Source: Trichoplax sp. H2
Taxonomy: Eukaryota
DNA length: 64,000 nucleotides
Assembly: GCA_003344405.1 (NCBI GenBank)
Contig: NOWV01000017.1
Location: forward strand, 372,001-436,000
Direction: 5' to 3'
In this document: positions 13,737 to 28,000 of the stretch, in pieces
How the letters are laid out: the number at the start of each line of letters is the position of its first letter
How positions within the stretch are numbered: position 1 is the stretch's first letter
Program-made: the position numbers and the translations under genes
Notes under the pieces: model-generated
Seen by the model: only the letters and a program-made list of their open reading frames with translations
Told to the model about the DNA's origin: nothing
Databases searched by the model: none

Positions 13737-13785
13737 ATTGGCGCTGCTTGAAAAAGATCCAGTTTAAATTTCGCGCCTCTTTGAA
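13737..13785 (+). promoter_or_regulatory. E2F/CDE-CHR-like cell-cycle element cluster
   Basis: TTTCGCGC at 13769-13776. TTCGCG + 4 nt + TTTGAA (13780-13785). A second TTGGCGC...CTTGAA at 13738-13752 and TTTAAA at 13763. Confidence 0.45.
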
Positions 13786-13834
13786 CTGCACATGCTCAAA
13801 AATCGATCCGATTGAGTCGACTCCAACCATCGTG

Positions 13835-13848
13835 GTTACCTTGGAAAC
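13835..13848. promoter_or_regulatory. RFX X-box-like palindrome upstream of annexin
   Basis: GTTACCTTGGAAAC, one mismatch to GTTNCCATGGNAAC, about 280 nt before the annexin ATG. Confidence 0.4.
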
Positions 13849-14126
13849 CTAGACATCGCTTTTCAGCAAACTTAATCCAATTTTTACAAGCTTACTATTC
13901 ATTCACTGTGAACAGTTATTACTATGGATATTTGCAACTTGGAGACGGGCACATGGATGAAAGTGGCAAATGTATAGATTAGACTAGGCCACTACTTGTG
14001 TATCGATAGCCATACTGGTAACATCTACTCTTCTTACTGATCCGGTTTAAAGGGATTTACCTCCCGCTCCAGACATTTACATTAGCATCTAAGTATAGCA
14101 CGTCGGATGAAAAACTACCATCAAAT

Positions 14127-17100
14127 ATGGAAAGTGCAAAGGTAATGTGAAGAGATAATTTGAAATCGCTCGAAATCATTTTAACTTGAACTCTGTCTGC
14201 TGCTTTGGCGTATTTTTTAAAATACAACTAACGACAAAACGTATAAAAAATAGGCTTTACAAATAATATAGGATGAATCCCCTGCCATTATTGACAATAG
14301 GGATAGCATATGCAAATATTGTAGAAAGACTGTAGTAATGATTTACTAGAGATTTCCGTTTATTTAAGTTGCTTATTAGTAAAATGATCTTCTATCTGAT
14401 TCGTAAGATATCGTATCAATATCCGCTAAAAGTACTGATAATTTATATAATGGATATTATTGCATAATTAGAAAGAACATGTACACTTGTACAGTATAGT
14501 ATACTATCATTCGATTGCTTAACTTGAATATCCAACAGAAAAGAGTGAAAAGAAGTTACAATTGGATCAGATCATTTGTTCATTTAATCATGATTACGCT
14601 TAATCACGACTTTCTTGTTTATTAATACTATAATTTTAATAAATTCAAAGCCATAGGTTAGTCACTACTTTATCGTATTTAGTTGGAAGACTACATGATT
14701 AAATCAAATATAATTCAATCATCTTAATCTTGTTATATTATATATTAATTAGAATTTAAAAATTAGTATCCTTCAATAGAATCATAATTGAATTACCAAC
14801 ATTGCAAATAGTTATAATATAGAAAGATATTCAGCAATACAGCATTTGTTACTGAGCTGAATCTCGGTCAATAAGCAGGTCGATCATTCATAATAATGCT
14901 ACAAACTTTTGCGTTGAGATTAGAATTTAAGATTATAAACTAATATCATGTGTTAAATGTCAACAATTTCAAAGAACTGTAACATAATTAAATTAAAGCT
15001 ATTTGAATTAAACATTCGAATATTTCACCTGTTTATTGATAAAGTTAGAGGAAGATCGATAAAAAAATTTTTTATACTTACTAACAGTACCCTGCGAAAG
15101 ACTTTGAAGGATTCGATCCGGAGAGCGATTGTGAGAGATTACATCGAGCTATGGATGGGCTAGGTAATAGACACTACACTATCTGCTCTTATAAATGTCC
15201 TTTGCTTGAATAGTTGCATGATCTAGATTTTAAATTTATCACTAAAGATCTTCTCGATAAGCTCAGTTATTATATCAAATTTATTGCTTATCTTTTATAA
15301 ATTTTTCTACCTTAGGTACAGATGAAGACACCTTGACCGGTATCTTGTCTGCTCGTTCAAACTCTCAACGCCAAGTATTACGTGAAACGTATCTAAAAAT
15401 GTTCGCCAAAGTACGAATGATCCATTTTTTCGAATTCACTTAAATGGCATCACAATTGAAATAACTTCATGATATATGTTACAAGTGAGAGTAATCACGG
15501 TCCTGTAATTACCACAACTTACTTAATCATCTGATATTATCTTAGGATTTAATTGAACACCTGAGTTCAGAAACTTCTGGAAGCTTTCGTAAACTACTTT
15601 GCGGATTGATGATAGAATCAGCATCTTATGATGCAAAATTGTTACACGATGCGATGGATGTACGTAAAATCATATCAATGCATAACAATACGAAAAAATA
15701 TATCTTTAAATGGACCTTTAACTTTAGGGACCTGGAACAGATGAATCTTTATTATTGGAAGTATTATGCACTCGATCAAATAGTGTACGTATTGTATTGT
15801 TAGTAACTAGATATCAATTTACTTGATATTACTACAATTGTAAAACCATTCCCGATCATCACTATTTGGCAATAATTCCTAAACATTTTAATAACTATAT
15901 TTATACGTATACATTTAAATAGTTTTGCACAGCATATGATACTATCGATTTATTAGTAATACTGAATGACCGAGTCATCAATGCATCATGGCCCAAAACT
16001 ATCATTTAAATAGATTTTAATTCTATTTATCGATAGAGTAAAAGAAATACCTCATCTTTACGTCTACTCTATTAATAATAATACATTTATGATATTTCTC
16101 TCATAAAAATCTAGGAAATCCAAGCCTTAAAAATCGCTTATAAACAAGGTTAGATTGTTTCGAGTACCGTATATATTAACTTACAATATTACTCTGTTTG
16201 CTTCAATAATCCATATCTACCATAACCTAGACTAATATAATAATTCATGTCCCATTTACCTACCCAGAATACGGAGTTCAGCTATCCGATGCTATCATAG
16301 AAGAGACATCTGGCCACTTTAAGCAACTTTTACTGCTCTTAATTAAGGTAGAAATTTGTATTGTCAAAAAATTTACAGTCAGATAATTTCATAATATTGC
16401 ATGTTACTAGGCAACACGAGATGAAACTGATAATGTCAGTATATCAATGGCGAGAAGAGATGCTGATAGCTTATATATCGTAAGTAAATAAAACATCCCA
16501 ACTTAGTATACAATCACATTTGTATCTATTACATACTGAAACTATCAATTAACTTGCATAGGCTGGTGAATTAACTTGGGGTACTGACGAATCGACATTT
16601 ACTGAAATTATTGGTACACGTAACTTTAGGCAATTACGACTGATATTCGATGAATATATCAAAGTAAGATACTTAATATTAAAAGTAAAACCATAATGAG
16701 TGACATAACATACAAATGATACTATTGGTATGGAATACTTATTACTGTACTATGCAATATCTCCAAGCTACGATATTTTTACTATTTCCTAATGACTTCC
16801 AACGGTATGTATGCACAACAAATTTAGACTGCACAAATGAAAATTGAGAAATCACTACAACGAGAAATGTCAGGCGATCTCTTACAGGGATTGCTAACTC
16901 TTGGTATGTAATTCACATATTTTTTCTTCAAACTCTTCCTAAAGATAACCCCTACATCAATCATCTACGCTCTACATACATTTATTTCAAATATACCTAA
17001 TTGTAACGTTAAAATATATTTAGTTCAAGTTGCTCGCGATCGTGGCGAATACTTCGCTGAAAAGATCAAGGCTGCAACAGGTGTTTTAGCAAACAATGAC

Positions 17101-17344
17101 GATGAATTAATAAGGATTGCCGTATCGCAAGCAGAGGTAAGCAACTTATTCCAGAATAATGTTTAAGTTCAGAAAATACTATGCAATCACTTCTATAATG
17201 ATTTTGCTATTATTCCAGGTTGATACCGGCAGGATTGCTGCTGCTTTCGAAAGAAAATTTGGAGTTACTTTAATTAATCATCTATCCAAGGCCCTATCTG
17301 GAGAATACAAAAATTTAATGTTGGCTGTACTTTCTGGTTCTTAA
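14127..17344 (+). CDS. Annexin (four-repeat core, short N-terminus), ~318 aa, 12 exons
   Basis: Exons 14127-14141, 15088-15163, 15316-15410, 15546-15659, 15728-15784, 16115-16148, 16268-16347, 16411-16479, 16562-16663, 16828-16903, 17024-17136, 17219-17344. Motifs [45 protein letters not shown]. The first exon is less certain. Confidence 0.93.
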
Positions 17345-19068
17345 TTTCTTAAGACCACATACGGGGTTGTCTGATGAAATATTTAAATACCGATAAGAAC
17401 TAAAGTTATACGAAGGAAGCCCCCTAACTTTTAAGTATTACTTCTAGAACCTCCGTAGGAATTAATATTTTGTTTTAAGTCCTTTGATACATTGTTGAGC
17501 TACAAGATAATCACTAAAATTATTGTATAACTTCATTATCATTATCATATTTATAATTTTTTTGGAGGGGGGCGCAAATGGACCGTGAAATGTAATACAG
17601 AATGTTTCTGCTGCAGATATTTGTTGGAAATTCACATTAAGATCCTCGATCACGATTAAGGCGATACAATATTCATGTAACGTAGCTGATTCAGTTATGC
17701 AATAATTTATACATTTGGGCTATATGTCGATTCCAATCAACCTTAAAAAAATTTCATTTAGCCATACAACATCAGTGCTTCTTGTATATTTGATGTTATA
17801 CTGGTCTGAACTGGGTTAAAAGATGAACAATTGTTATGATAATCCAATTTCGAATTTAAAGATCTATTTAGACTGGGTAACTTATGCCTATTAGTACTAG
17901 AATTGCCCTTTTTCTTTAAATCCAAATGTATAATTAAAGTATTACTTAAGATCCATTTACTCATTGTGGTCCATTGTTTATTTATTTGATATACTTGTTT
18001 AGTGCTATGCCTAGCTATACTTACGTGATAATTCAGTTCTTAATAAATAATGTAATATCTTAACTCTAACTCTTATGGCTCGGTGCATTTTCCAATATAA
18101 AACATTTTTGTCTAGATGATTATACCATTATTGCTATTTCAGATTAAGTATGTATGTAATTTTAATATACTGTAGTGTATTTTCGCTATATTTGACATGG
18201 TCTGCACGAAATCACTTAGAATTAGATAGAAAATATGATCTTTAATCAATTATTATTAAGAATTGGGTAAAATCAAATTTTAGGTGATTAATGTGACCTT
18301 TAAGAGAGAAACTTCATGACTTATTTATTAGATTTTAGCTTAGTAATCACAATACTGTATACCGTAGATAACGAGTAGTCCAAGGGAGCACGCATTATGC
18401 AGGTAAGAATAATAATTAGTTAATTGGAGAACTACAAATCAATTTCTCTACTGTTACAAAGTACTAATAATTAAGATTATACTGTATGTTTAATTTCTAA
18501 AATAAATTATTCTCAACAGTCCACTAATGTCATAATTTGATCCAATCTGCATCGTAACTAATTTATCAAGATAACTAATAAATGACAAATAGTAAGCTAG
18601 TGTAATATTTTATTGGTGTTAAGATGTTTAAGAGGGACAAAGAGGCATCGATCTACGATACTAACCAATAAGTTCATATTCGTAGCAGATTTAATCGTCT
18701 ACATACCTATACTGCATTTTGATTTATTCCACTTTTAATAGCTATATATCCTAAATCAGCAGTATTATGTATACAAACGGTGCAATAAAAACTCATTATT
18801 ATTTTATTTAATGATAATAAACTATACAACATATTACAATTTGAATAGGTAAATATTCTATATAAATAGTGAGTTACATGAAAATCATGCAACAACAATT
18901 TTTATTCGTTTAATTTAGTGACAATAAATATTAAGGGTCATCGTGGCCATTATGTTGTATATCAGCTTTATTACATTTTCAATACGTTTAATCTAATATC
19001 GACAGTAGTATATAAGCAAATGATGAATAATAATTTCGTAATCTACAATATCAATTGATAATACTAAT

Positions 19069-22000
19069 TTATTTTCTCTTAGCATTGATTCGATTAACGC
19101 AAACAAGTATATCATCCAATTGATTCTGTACTATTGTATACCTTCGATGAAGCTGTTGTTGTGATAAAGCGCAAGGGTGATCTGAATGATCGGTGGTTTT
19201 GAAACTTTTTTTACCGACTAGAGATTTAAATCTTTCCTTCATGTAATCAGCCATTTCCAAATCTTGATTAATTTGGTTACAGCAAGATTTCACTTTTTCG
19301 AATGATTTTATAATTAATGTTAAAAACATATTAATTAAAACCCAAGATACTAAGAAGGTATAACAGAAGAAATACAAGGGTGATACATCACGCAATGATG
19401 AATACATAATTTTAGCATAGAAACGGCCAATCATCATGTTGAATTGGCTTTCTAATGTTTTTATAAATGTATTATAACTATTAATTGTTCTACCATAAAT
19501 CAAATAAGCAAATTGAGCAAACGTTAAGAATATCACAGTAAAGACAACTAAAAACATGAGAATTTCCTTAGCAGCACTTCGTAATGTTATGGATAATATA
19601 GCAATGGTACGATTAAAACGCAGTAATCGTATTAATTTTATAGTACCGAAAAAGATTAAAAATGCAAATAAATGAATATATAGATTATCCCATGTCGCGA
19701 CGTAATGAAAATTAATAAAATGACGACTTTGACTGCGACATTGAGCTAATGCATTTCTAGTCACTTGTAATCGGAAGAAATAAATACTGACGGCGGCAAC
19801 AGCCAAAGAGATGATGGTAAATTCAATAATATTCCAAAACCCGCTAAAATAGCGTAATGACAAACGCTTTAATTTACTTAATTCTCGATAGATATAATAG
19901 GCAATAAATGAGACAAATATAATTTCACACACAATCACTAACATGCCAGCTGAGTAATGATCACGAAATAAGCGAATTGTCTGAATTTCTACAAATGGCA
20001 TAATGCCACCTGTTGCTGGAAATTCCGCTAATAAGGTTACTACAGAGAATAGATTAACTTGCGCATTAAATATTGTAAATTCGATAAGGATTGCTCTAGT
20101 TTGATGATCAATCCAACCTTGTTGTTGCAATTGATTTAATGTTAGCTGACTTTGGCTTTCATTACGGCTTAGCTCAACAACATAACCACCACCATAATAG
20201 ATATGATATTGGCCCCAATATGGATATGAACCAGTCATGGAGGACGTTTGAAAATGCCATGGATTTTGTTGAGGACTATGGCTAATGGATTTCCAACCCA
20301 CAGTATAATTATTTCTATTTTCAGAACCATAGAAGTAGGATCCAGCACATTTGAGGATAGTGTTGTTAAAAACTGGATTAATTAGACAATTATCTACAAT
20401 AGTTGGAATTAGAAGCATTCTCAATTATATATGATACAATATAATAAATCAGGTCTTCAAGCATTCATAGCAATTTTGAAATTATAGCATCATGCGGAAA
20501 AAGATCAGCTACAGTTTATCAGGTTATTTTATTCACCTGATTTAAAGTGCGAATAAATAATTTAATGATTTTGGAATTTTCTTATAAACTAGATATAAAT
20601 CTTATACTGTAATTGGCAGTTTACTGCAGGTACGTTATTCAATTGTTTTTACACAAATAAGGGTTATGTAATACATTTTAATGATCTTAATTATTACTAA
20701 TGATTGTATTTGAGTTCAAAATAAAATAGGTACAATACTTAAAATTCTAAGATGGTTTTACCTCCTGTATTCATTCTTAACATCCGTACTCTTGCAACAC
20801 CTACAAGGTAAGATTGTCTATTAGCTAAGAAACCCTGTAGATTCGATGACTGCCCGTTGTACCAAGTTCCAACATATAACCCAGGCAAGAAGACTTGATT
20901 AGTCCACCTCCAAAATTCGTTAATTGTGGCAATCTATGAAATATTGTTTAAGAATGCAATATAGGGTCGGTCTATCTGGTAATGAATGAGAAATAATGAT
21001 CTTTAATAGCTATATTTTTAGGATAGAATACCGACTTACTTTAGCAAATCCTTTCAGTGGCGATCCAATTTTTGAAGTATTAGAATTGTAATAACCGTTA
21101 GCGAAAATGTCATTGAGCGATTTAGTTTGATAATAAGCATTGGAATCACGATTTCCATAACAAATTAAAATTGTAACAGTAAGAAAAACTACATAGCCTA
21201 AAATTTCTCGAAAGATTGATTGCATTTTTCGTTGCTTGAGTCTTAAGCTTCTTGCCGCATTGACTTTGGATACCTCAAGAGGTAGAAACTTAGATGATGT
21301 ATATCGCTGAGCATCAGGATGAATATCTTTAACATTAATAGCAGTAGACATTGTATCATCCATGTTATCTTCCATTTTATTAATATCGACACCAAGATCA
21401 GGTCGGCGAACTATTAAAGCAAATATAAATGCTACTACAACGACTTTTATCGGTTGTAATATCAAAATAGATTGCAAGATGGAAATTGTCAGCGATGCTA
21501 ACCATTGTAAACATAATTCTGATCCAAATGAGAGCCCATAGAATAATGTAAAAGCAGTTCCAACGCCGCAAGATATAACGATCAATCCCCAACCTAGATA
21601 GACACACCACCAGGGCAAAGAAATATCTAATTTGAAACAGCCTTTTTCTTCAGAATCGTCGAAAGATTGCAGCTTATTACACGACTGATCTGATTGTTCA
21701 CCGGTTCTACAGCGAATTAATTTCACTTTCGTGGATTCTTTTCTCACTATAGGACGTGCGGGTTTATTTTGTTGCTCTAGATGATTGCTATTTCCTTGTT
21801 TAGTTGGCTTTGGACGACTTAATCGAAAAAATTGGACCATCATAAATGAAGGCAAAAAAACGATAGCGCCAGATATTAAACCTCGAACTAAACCATCCCA
21901 AGTAATAATCTTTCCAATAAAAATAGTACCAGCACTATCTTGTGTTTCAATATCATTTCGATAGAACATGGCATTAGTTAACATAGAAAGTAATAAGATT

Positions 22001-25000
22001 GCAAAACAACATCCAACACGTTGGAGTCGTGTAAAATGGCTTTTAACTGGTCTAGTTACAATGGATAGCCATATATGATTATCACTTAAACTGATGGCTG
22101 CTTTAGACATAAATGATTGCATGAAATCGCGTAATTCCTCAGTAGTAGCTGGATATAGCGTACGATCAATGAGACCATCTTCGGCATCGACAGCTAGCCA
22201 TTTATTGCATATAAAACAATATTGTTCATTAGTTTGCAAATCTTTAATGATAATACGGCTTAAAAACCAGGACGGAGATAGACCAGAATTATCATGATAG
22301 AGTCGAATATAATTAATAGATCCTAGGTCTTGAGAACATGTTAATATCATGGTATCAATATCTCTTGTTTGTAAAAGTGGCCGATTAAAGTCTTTCAGTA
22401 ATCGTGGACTTGTGTCTTGATTTTCTCCTGATATAATTAAAGATACATTGGCTGTGGTGCCAGAGCCAACACGAAGGCCAGTAAATACTGTAATCTCATA
22501 GTGATATAAATCGTCGGGTCGATTGTCAATCAGGACAGTGTTACTGAACTAGAAATGAAATAATATAGCATTAGTATAATATCGGAAATTCTTTATGATA
22601 TTATATATTGTACTTCTACTTTAGTCATGGATGATATTATACGATAGACACATTAATAAGTAGTTAGTAGCTATATTGGTATCAAATATGGTGGACTATC
22701 CAGTTTTTAATCCATATACTAACGATTTAAATCATAATCTCTGTATAACTATTGATTCAACCTTCCAATAGACTAGCCGAGGTACAAGTACATTGAAAGT
22801 GTAGCTAAACTTGAATCAATGATAGTATTTTAACCCACAATTAATACATCGAATTAGTACGATTAACTTACTTTAACTGCATTCTTCTTATCTTGACGCC
22901 ATGCCCATAAACTAATTACGATAAAAATTACATATAGGCATGCTAATACAATAATTATATAAGGGTTGTTATGAATATTGGCAAACCAATGTTGGATTTT
23001 AGTAAAGTCCAATGTATTCGGTGTTACATCAAATCGACCGGCAAAAAACGTTAAATGATTGCATTGGCAATAAATACCATCATTGTGGTTTGAATTGCTA
23101 ATCATTTTACAGCCTGAGCTTGACCATTCCGATGTTGTGTGATTCCAAAAACGACAACCAAGGTCATAAAATGCCAGGGAATAGTTTGCGAAATAAAAAT
23201 TACGACTAGATTTATTTCCATAAAGTAGAGGTATTTGATATTGTAACTCTAGAACATAACGACCAGGCTGGAATGAATTACTGGAGATTAAGTTATAGGC
23301 TATGGACGTGTGAATATTATGGACGGAATAATTAGCAATAACATGAGTAATGTTAGTTGAAGTAATCGATTGGACTATTGCTTGAAGAGGTTGATCAGTT
23401 TGGATGATAAAACCTCGAACGTCGCTAATGGACAAGATATCGAAATAGTGTTTGGGATTTTGGCAACGGTATGCGCTACATTGAACATAGAATCGCGTTG
23501 CTTGATGAATTGTCCTGTTCGCAATTGCTTCAGTATCCGAGTAGGTTTGAGGTAATTGGATATTAATAGGATGTTGAAGATTCTTAACTGAAATTTCACT
23601 ACCATTATCAAATGTTAACGATAAACCATTGATATCATTGGAAATATTAGCAGAACTAGAGACGTAGGTATACGGATTTTTGAGAGTTGACCACTAGATT
23701 CATAAAAAGCCGAGTACCGCAATCAGTTGATTATTAATAAATAGATCTACTGCGGCAGTGTTCTGGAGCTAAGATATCATCTGCTTTAATTCTGTTAATA
23801 CTAAAATTTTTAATTATAGTAACTTACGGTGAAAGGCTAATATTTACTAGATACAAGTAAACTAAGATACAAAAATTCTGACTATATCCTATTGCAGATA
23901 TATTATAACTAGGATGGAAAGATGTATACATATATATATATATATACTTGTAAATATATATTGCCAAAGTTGGTCGATATAGCATAGAAAGAATTGCAAA
24001 AAAGAACTGGAATCGATATAATTAGATTTAATCGTATAAGCAACGATGGCCTTACTCTATAATCAACAAAGATCGGATCTCCGTTAGATTGAATCATGTT
24101 GCCAATATTCGGAATTAAAAACTCTGCTTTAGGTAGTTTAAAAGTGCCAAGTTGAGGTTCACCAATTTCTTGTGGTAACTCATGATAGGTATGCCGACTT
24201 AATGTGACATTAATGGCATCTGATGTGATGGTAGACGGAATTTCACCGGGAACTTTGTTCATCAACATGACCGTACAACTACTATGGATTGCCGAGACCG
24301 ACTAGAAAACAGGAAAAATATTGTTGCTAATAAGCTAATCTCCAATCAAGTTAACGCATTTATTGTACGGATAACTAATAAGATCCTATCGTTTCAAATT
24401 TATTAATTAGGTAGCTAGTGCAAAAGTTCATTAAGATATACAGTATACCAGATACGTTATGTATGTACTAAATTACAAATTTCCGTAATCAACTACCGTC
24501 ATTATTATAATTATGCAGCTTATATATTCTCGATATAAGGTAAAATATATACTTTTGCATTTGATTAGGCAATCAGCCGTTAAATAGAGTATAGAAAGTT
24601 TTAGTAGGTTGTGCGCTAAGTGATCTTACCCTGCTAATTATATCGGACATTTTTGATGCAGTAGGTGATGTAGTGGATTGGTTTATTCCTGCACTTTGCT
24701 GCATGCATTTAGCGGCGGCAATAATATTATTTGCGACCTTTACAATGCCTGATGAAACATGATTGATTGCATCCAATTAATATTAGCACTCTGGTTTCTT
24801 CTAAACACAGCCAACACTTTACCTTTAGCTGTTGATTTTAGCAATGCATCATCAGCTCCATTTTGGCCTTCAAAATTTAAAATAGCTGTCATATGTTGAA
24901 GTGAAGTACTGATCATTCCCTAATCGTAGAAATAAAAATGATGGCTCAAAATGCAACACAGCTTAAAGGTGCTTAAAGACATATATGTACTTTCTAAAGA

Positions 25001-28000
25001 AATTAAGATCTATAATGGATGTTACTCTACTTAAGCGACGTCATCCATAAAATTTTAAGGCGTTAATATAAGTACTTATTTAAAGACACTGTCACTTTGT
25101 CGTAGATAAGGGGACAAAAATTATGGTATGCAGTAAACATCAAAAAGTCAACGTTGATCGTTTCTCTATTGTTTACTTGAGTCATATCAGCGAGTTCTTG
25201 TTTTACTTCTGTGATTGGTAAAATAGCATCTACAGTCTGCTTCAATAATGGCAATGTCTGTATCATGTTGTTGGTGAGAACATCGTTGACCAAAAGGGCT
25301 CTTATCTATATCACAGCAAAAGATATTCATATCTGATTGCAACTGAAACTGAACCAAAGGAATATTATATACGAATATGTCCAGAGTATATCTATTGTAC
25401 AGTATATAAACATGATATATTTACCTCATTTCTATACTAATATACATGATAAGTGTATAATAAGGAAGAGGTATACAGGAGATAAATTTAATTTTAGACT
25501 ATTACTTACTATTGTTCGTTTTTGTCCGTCTTCTGATCCCACTGTAGAATCTAAAATGTTCATAAATGTAAGAGGTGAGTCTTTAATAAATAAAATACTT
25601 AAATACAATTATTAGTTAAATAGAGTATAATAAGTATTTCATGGTAAAGTGTAAATATTATAGCACAGAATCTTCCTATGCATGCTCTAGCAGTATACTT
25701 TGCACGATATTACGATAGTATCCATTAATAAATCTGAGAATAGCTATAAAGCTTTCAACTATATTATATATAATTACGATGGTTAGTCAAATAGGACATA
25801 ATGGGTATTTTATGGTAAAATGTAAATATTATAACACAATTTCTTCTCATGCATACTCTAGCAGTGCACTTTCCACGACACTATGGCTGTATTGATTAAT
25901 AAATTGTTATATAATTTTCAAATATATCATATACAATTACCAGTAAGAATTATTTTACACCCACACATTAATATACCTTTACTGGATAAGCGATTGAGTA
26001 TTGAAGCTGATATTCCAACAGCCAGGTTGGCTTCTTGTAATTTCCCCTGATCGATAAACTGGCGTAAGACTGATATATTTCCCTTAGTAAAATTATTTAC
26101 CATCGACAATTCCTCTTCCGACGTATAGTTGGAAAATGGACGAACCTATATAATTGTTAGTCCAATCGTGAAGAATTACATAGCAGATCATGTGTATATT
26201 TAAAGTAAGTTGATGCTATGATGAGAATAATATGATATTTTAAAAATGGGTAAACCTATCATTAGCGGCTCAATCACGATGAATATTACATTGTAGATTA
26301 CGCGTATATTCAAAGTGAATGTTATGGTGGGAATAGTATTTCTTTATACTATAATCCGTATGATATGTAATTAGCAATCTAATCATTCATAAACGATATG
26401 CAATCTGTAAATTTAATTTATGTAAATTATCGCTATAATTGATGTAATTTCAACTATAGGATAAAAATGAGATGATTACGATTTACGGAGTATGGTAAAA
26501 AATATATTTATAAGATACTACTACCCAATAATAATTGACGGTACGATAAGATCTGCATTTACTATCGAATAGAGTTACAATAAGAGTTCTGGTCTAAAGA
26601 CCATCTAGTACAACTACTGTGATGTAATAAATGATATAGCAATTGATTAGAGGATATATAATTTATAAATCTATAAAAGATGGAAATTTAAATGGATATA
26701 AAAGAACATTATTGGAATTTGGATTGTCAGAAATTGCATCAATATATTTAAGTTGAGATATATTTTAGTGAAGTAAGCTACTACAGTCCACTAATCTATT
26801 GCGCTAACAGTATTTAATTGAATATATACTGAAAAATATTAGAAGATAAAGGTTACCGTACTTCATTGATACACAACAATTACGATAAGGTTCTCAAAAT
26901 AAACTATCGTAATTCATCGGCTAATTACGGTAGTGCGGTTACGGTATATCGATTGAAAATAAATTTCAAGAAAAAAATTGATTCATCGATCTATTTTCAT
27001 TACAGAGTGTAATTGAATATCGAATTACTATAGCATTTTCATAGTTGTTGACTCAATGTTGTATGAGAAGAATAGAAATTCATTGCCTTACCGTTATCAA
27101 AATTGGAATTTTAACAGAAGCCCCCAAACCATCAGTCGCGATCACTTCCATAGGTAATTTATAGCCATTTGATTCTTGGCCTGCTGGTAATATTAGTGAA
27201 ACCTTTGGCACCGGACTATAGTAAACTTCCATCTCATTATTCACCGTGCTTGCACTTGGTATGCGAAATTGGTAACTTAAAGGCTGATCATCATCACTAA
27301 AATCATAGCATCGAATAGAGTACATAGTTTTCAATGTTATACCATCAGATGGCTCAACGTGGCAAGTGCCTGCTTTCGGCGGTGGGTTAATACTAATATT
27401 ATAGTAAGAATAACTAACAGAGCCATTTAATCTGCTGACAGCAAGTTGAATGGTATATTCGGTCTTGTTGAGAAAAGTGTTGGAAAGAAAGGTAATATAT
27501 TCCTTATTATTGCCGGTAGATGAAATAGTATTCCATTTAAGTGTCGTATTGAGAAGAGACCAAGAATAAGTTAAATTATCACATCGACCTTTACATCGAC
27601 CTTCTAAAATGAATGAGTCGGATGGATTAACTTTGTTCATGCAATTTCGCTTACATCTATAGATGATGATAATGAATGAATAAAATAAGGAGAAAATTTT
27701 TTGAAATGAGCATACCGATTAATATATCATGACGGAAGCAAATGAATAGTCGATTAGAAATCGATTAGGCTAACATCAATACGAGTATTCTACTACAAAC
27801 TTACATTATTTCGATGTTAGGAGGATCATGCAAGGTGATATAGACTAATTGGGCTCCTACACTTTCTCGTACATCTTTTTTAATGATAACTTGAAATAAA
27901 TAAGTGGAATTACTAACAAGAATTGACGGAGGTATGTATAAGATCGGTTGCTGAGCTTGCTGGCTTGTTAAATTTAAACATGAGTGAACTGTTGTTCTTA

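Noticed and set aside
17462..17964. Two minus-strand ORFs with faint LRR-like spacing downstream of annexin
   Set aside because: No colinear support or splice structure; compatible with AT-rich chance.
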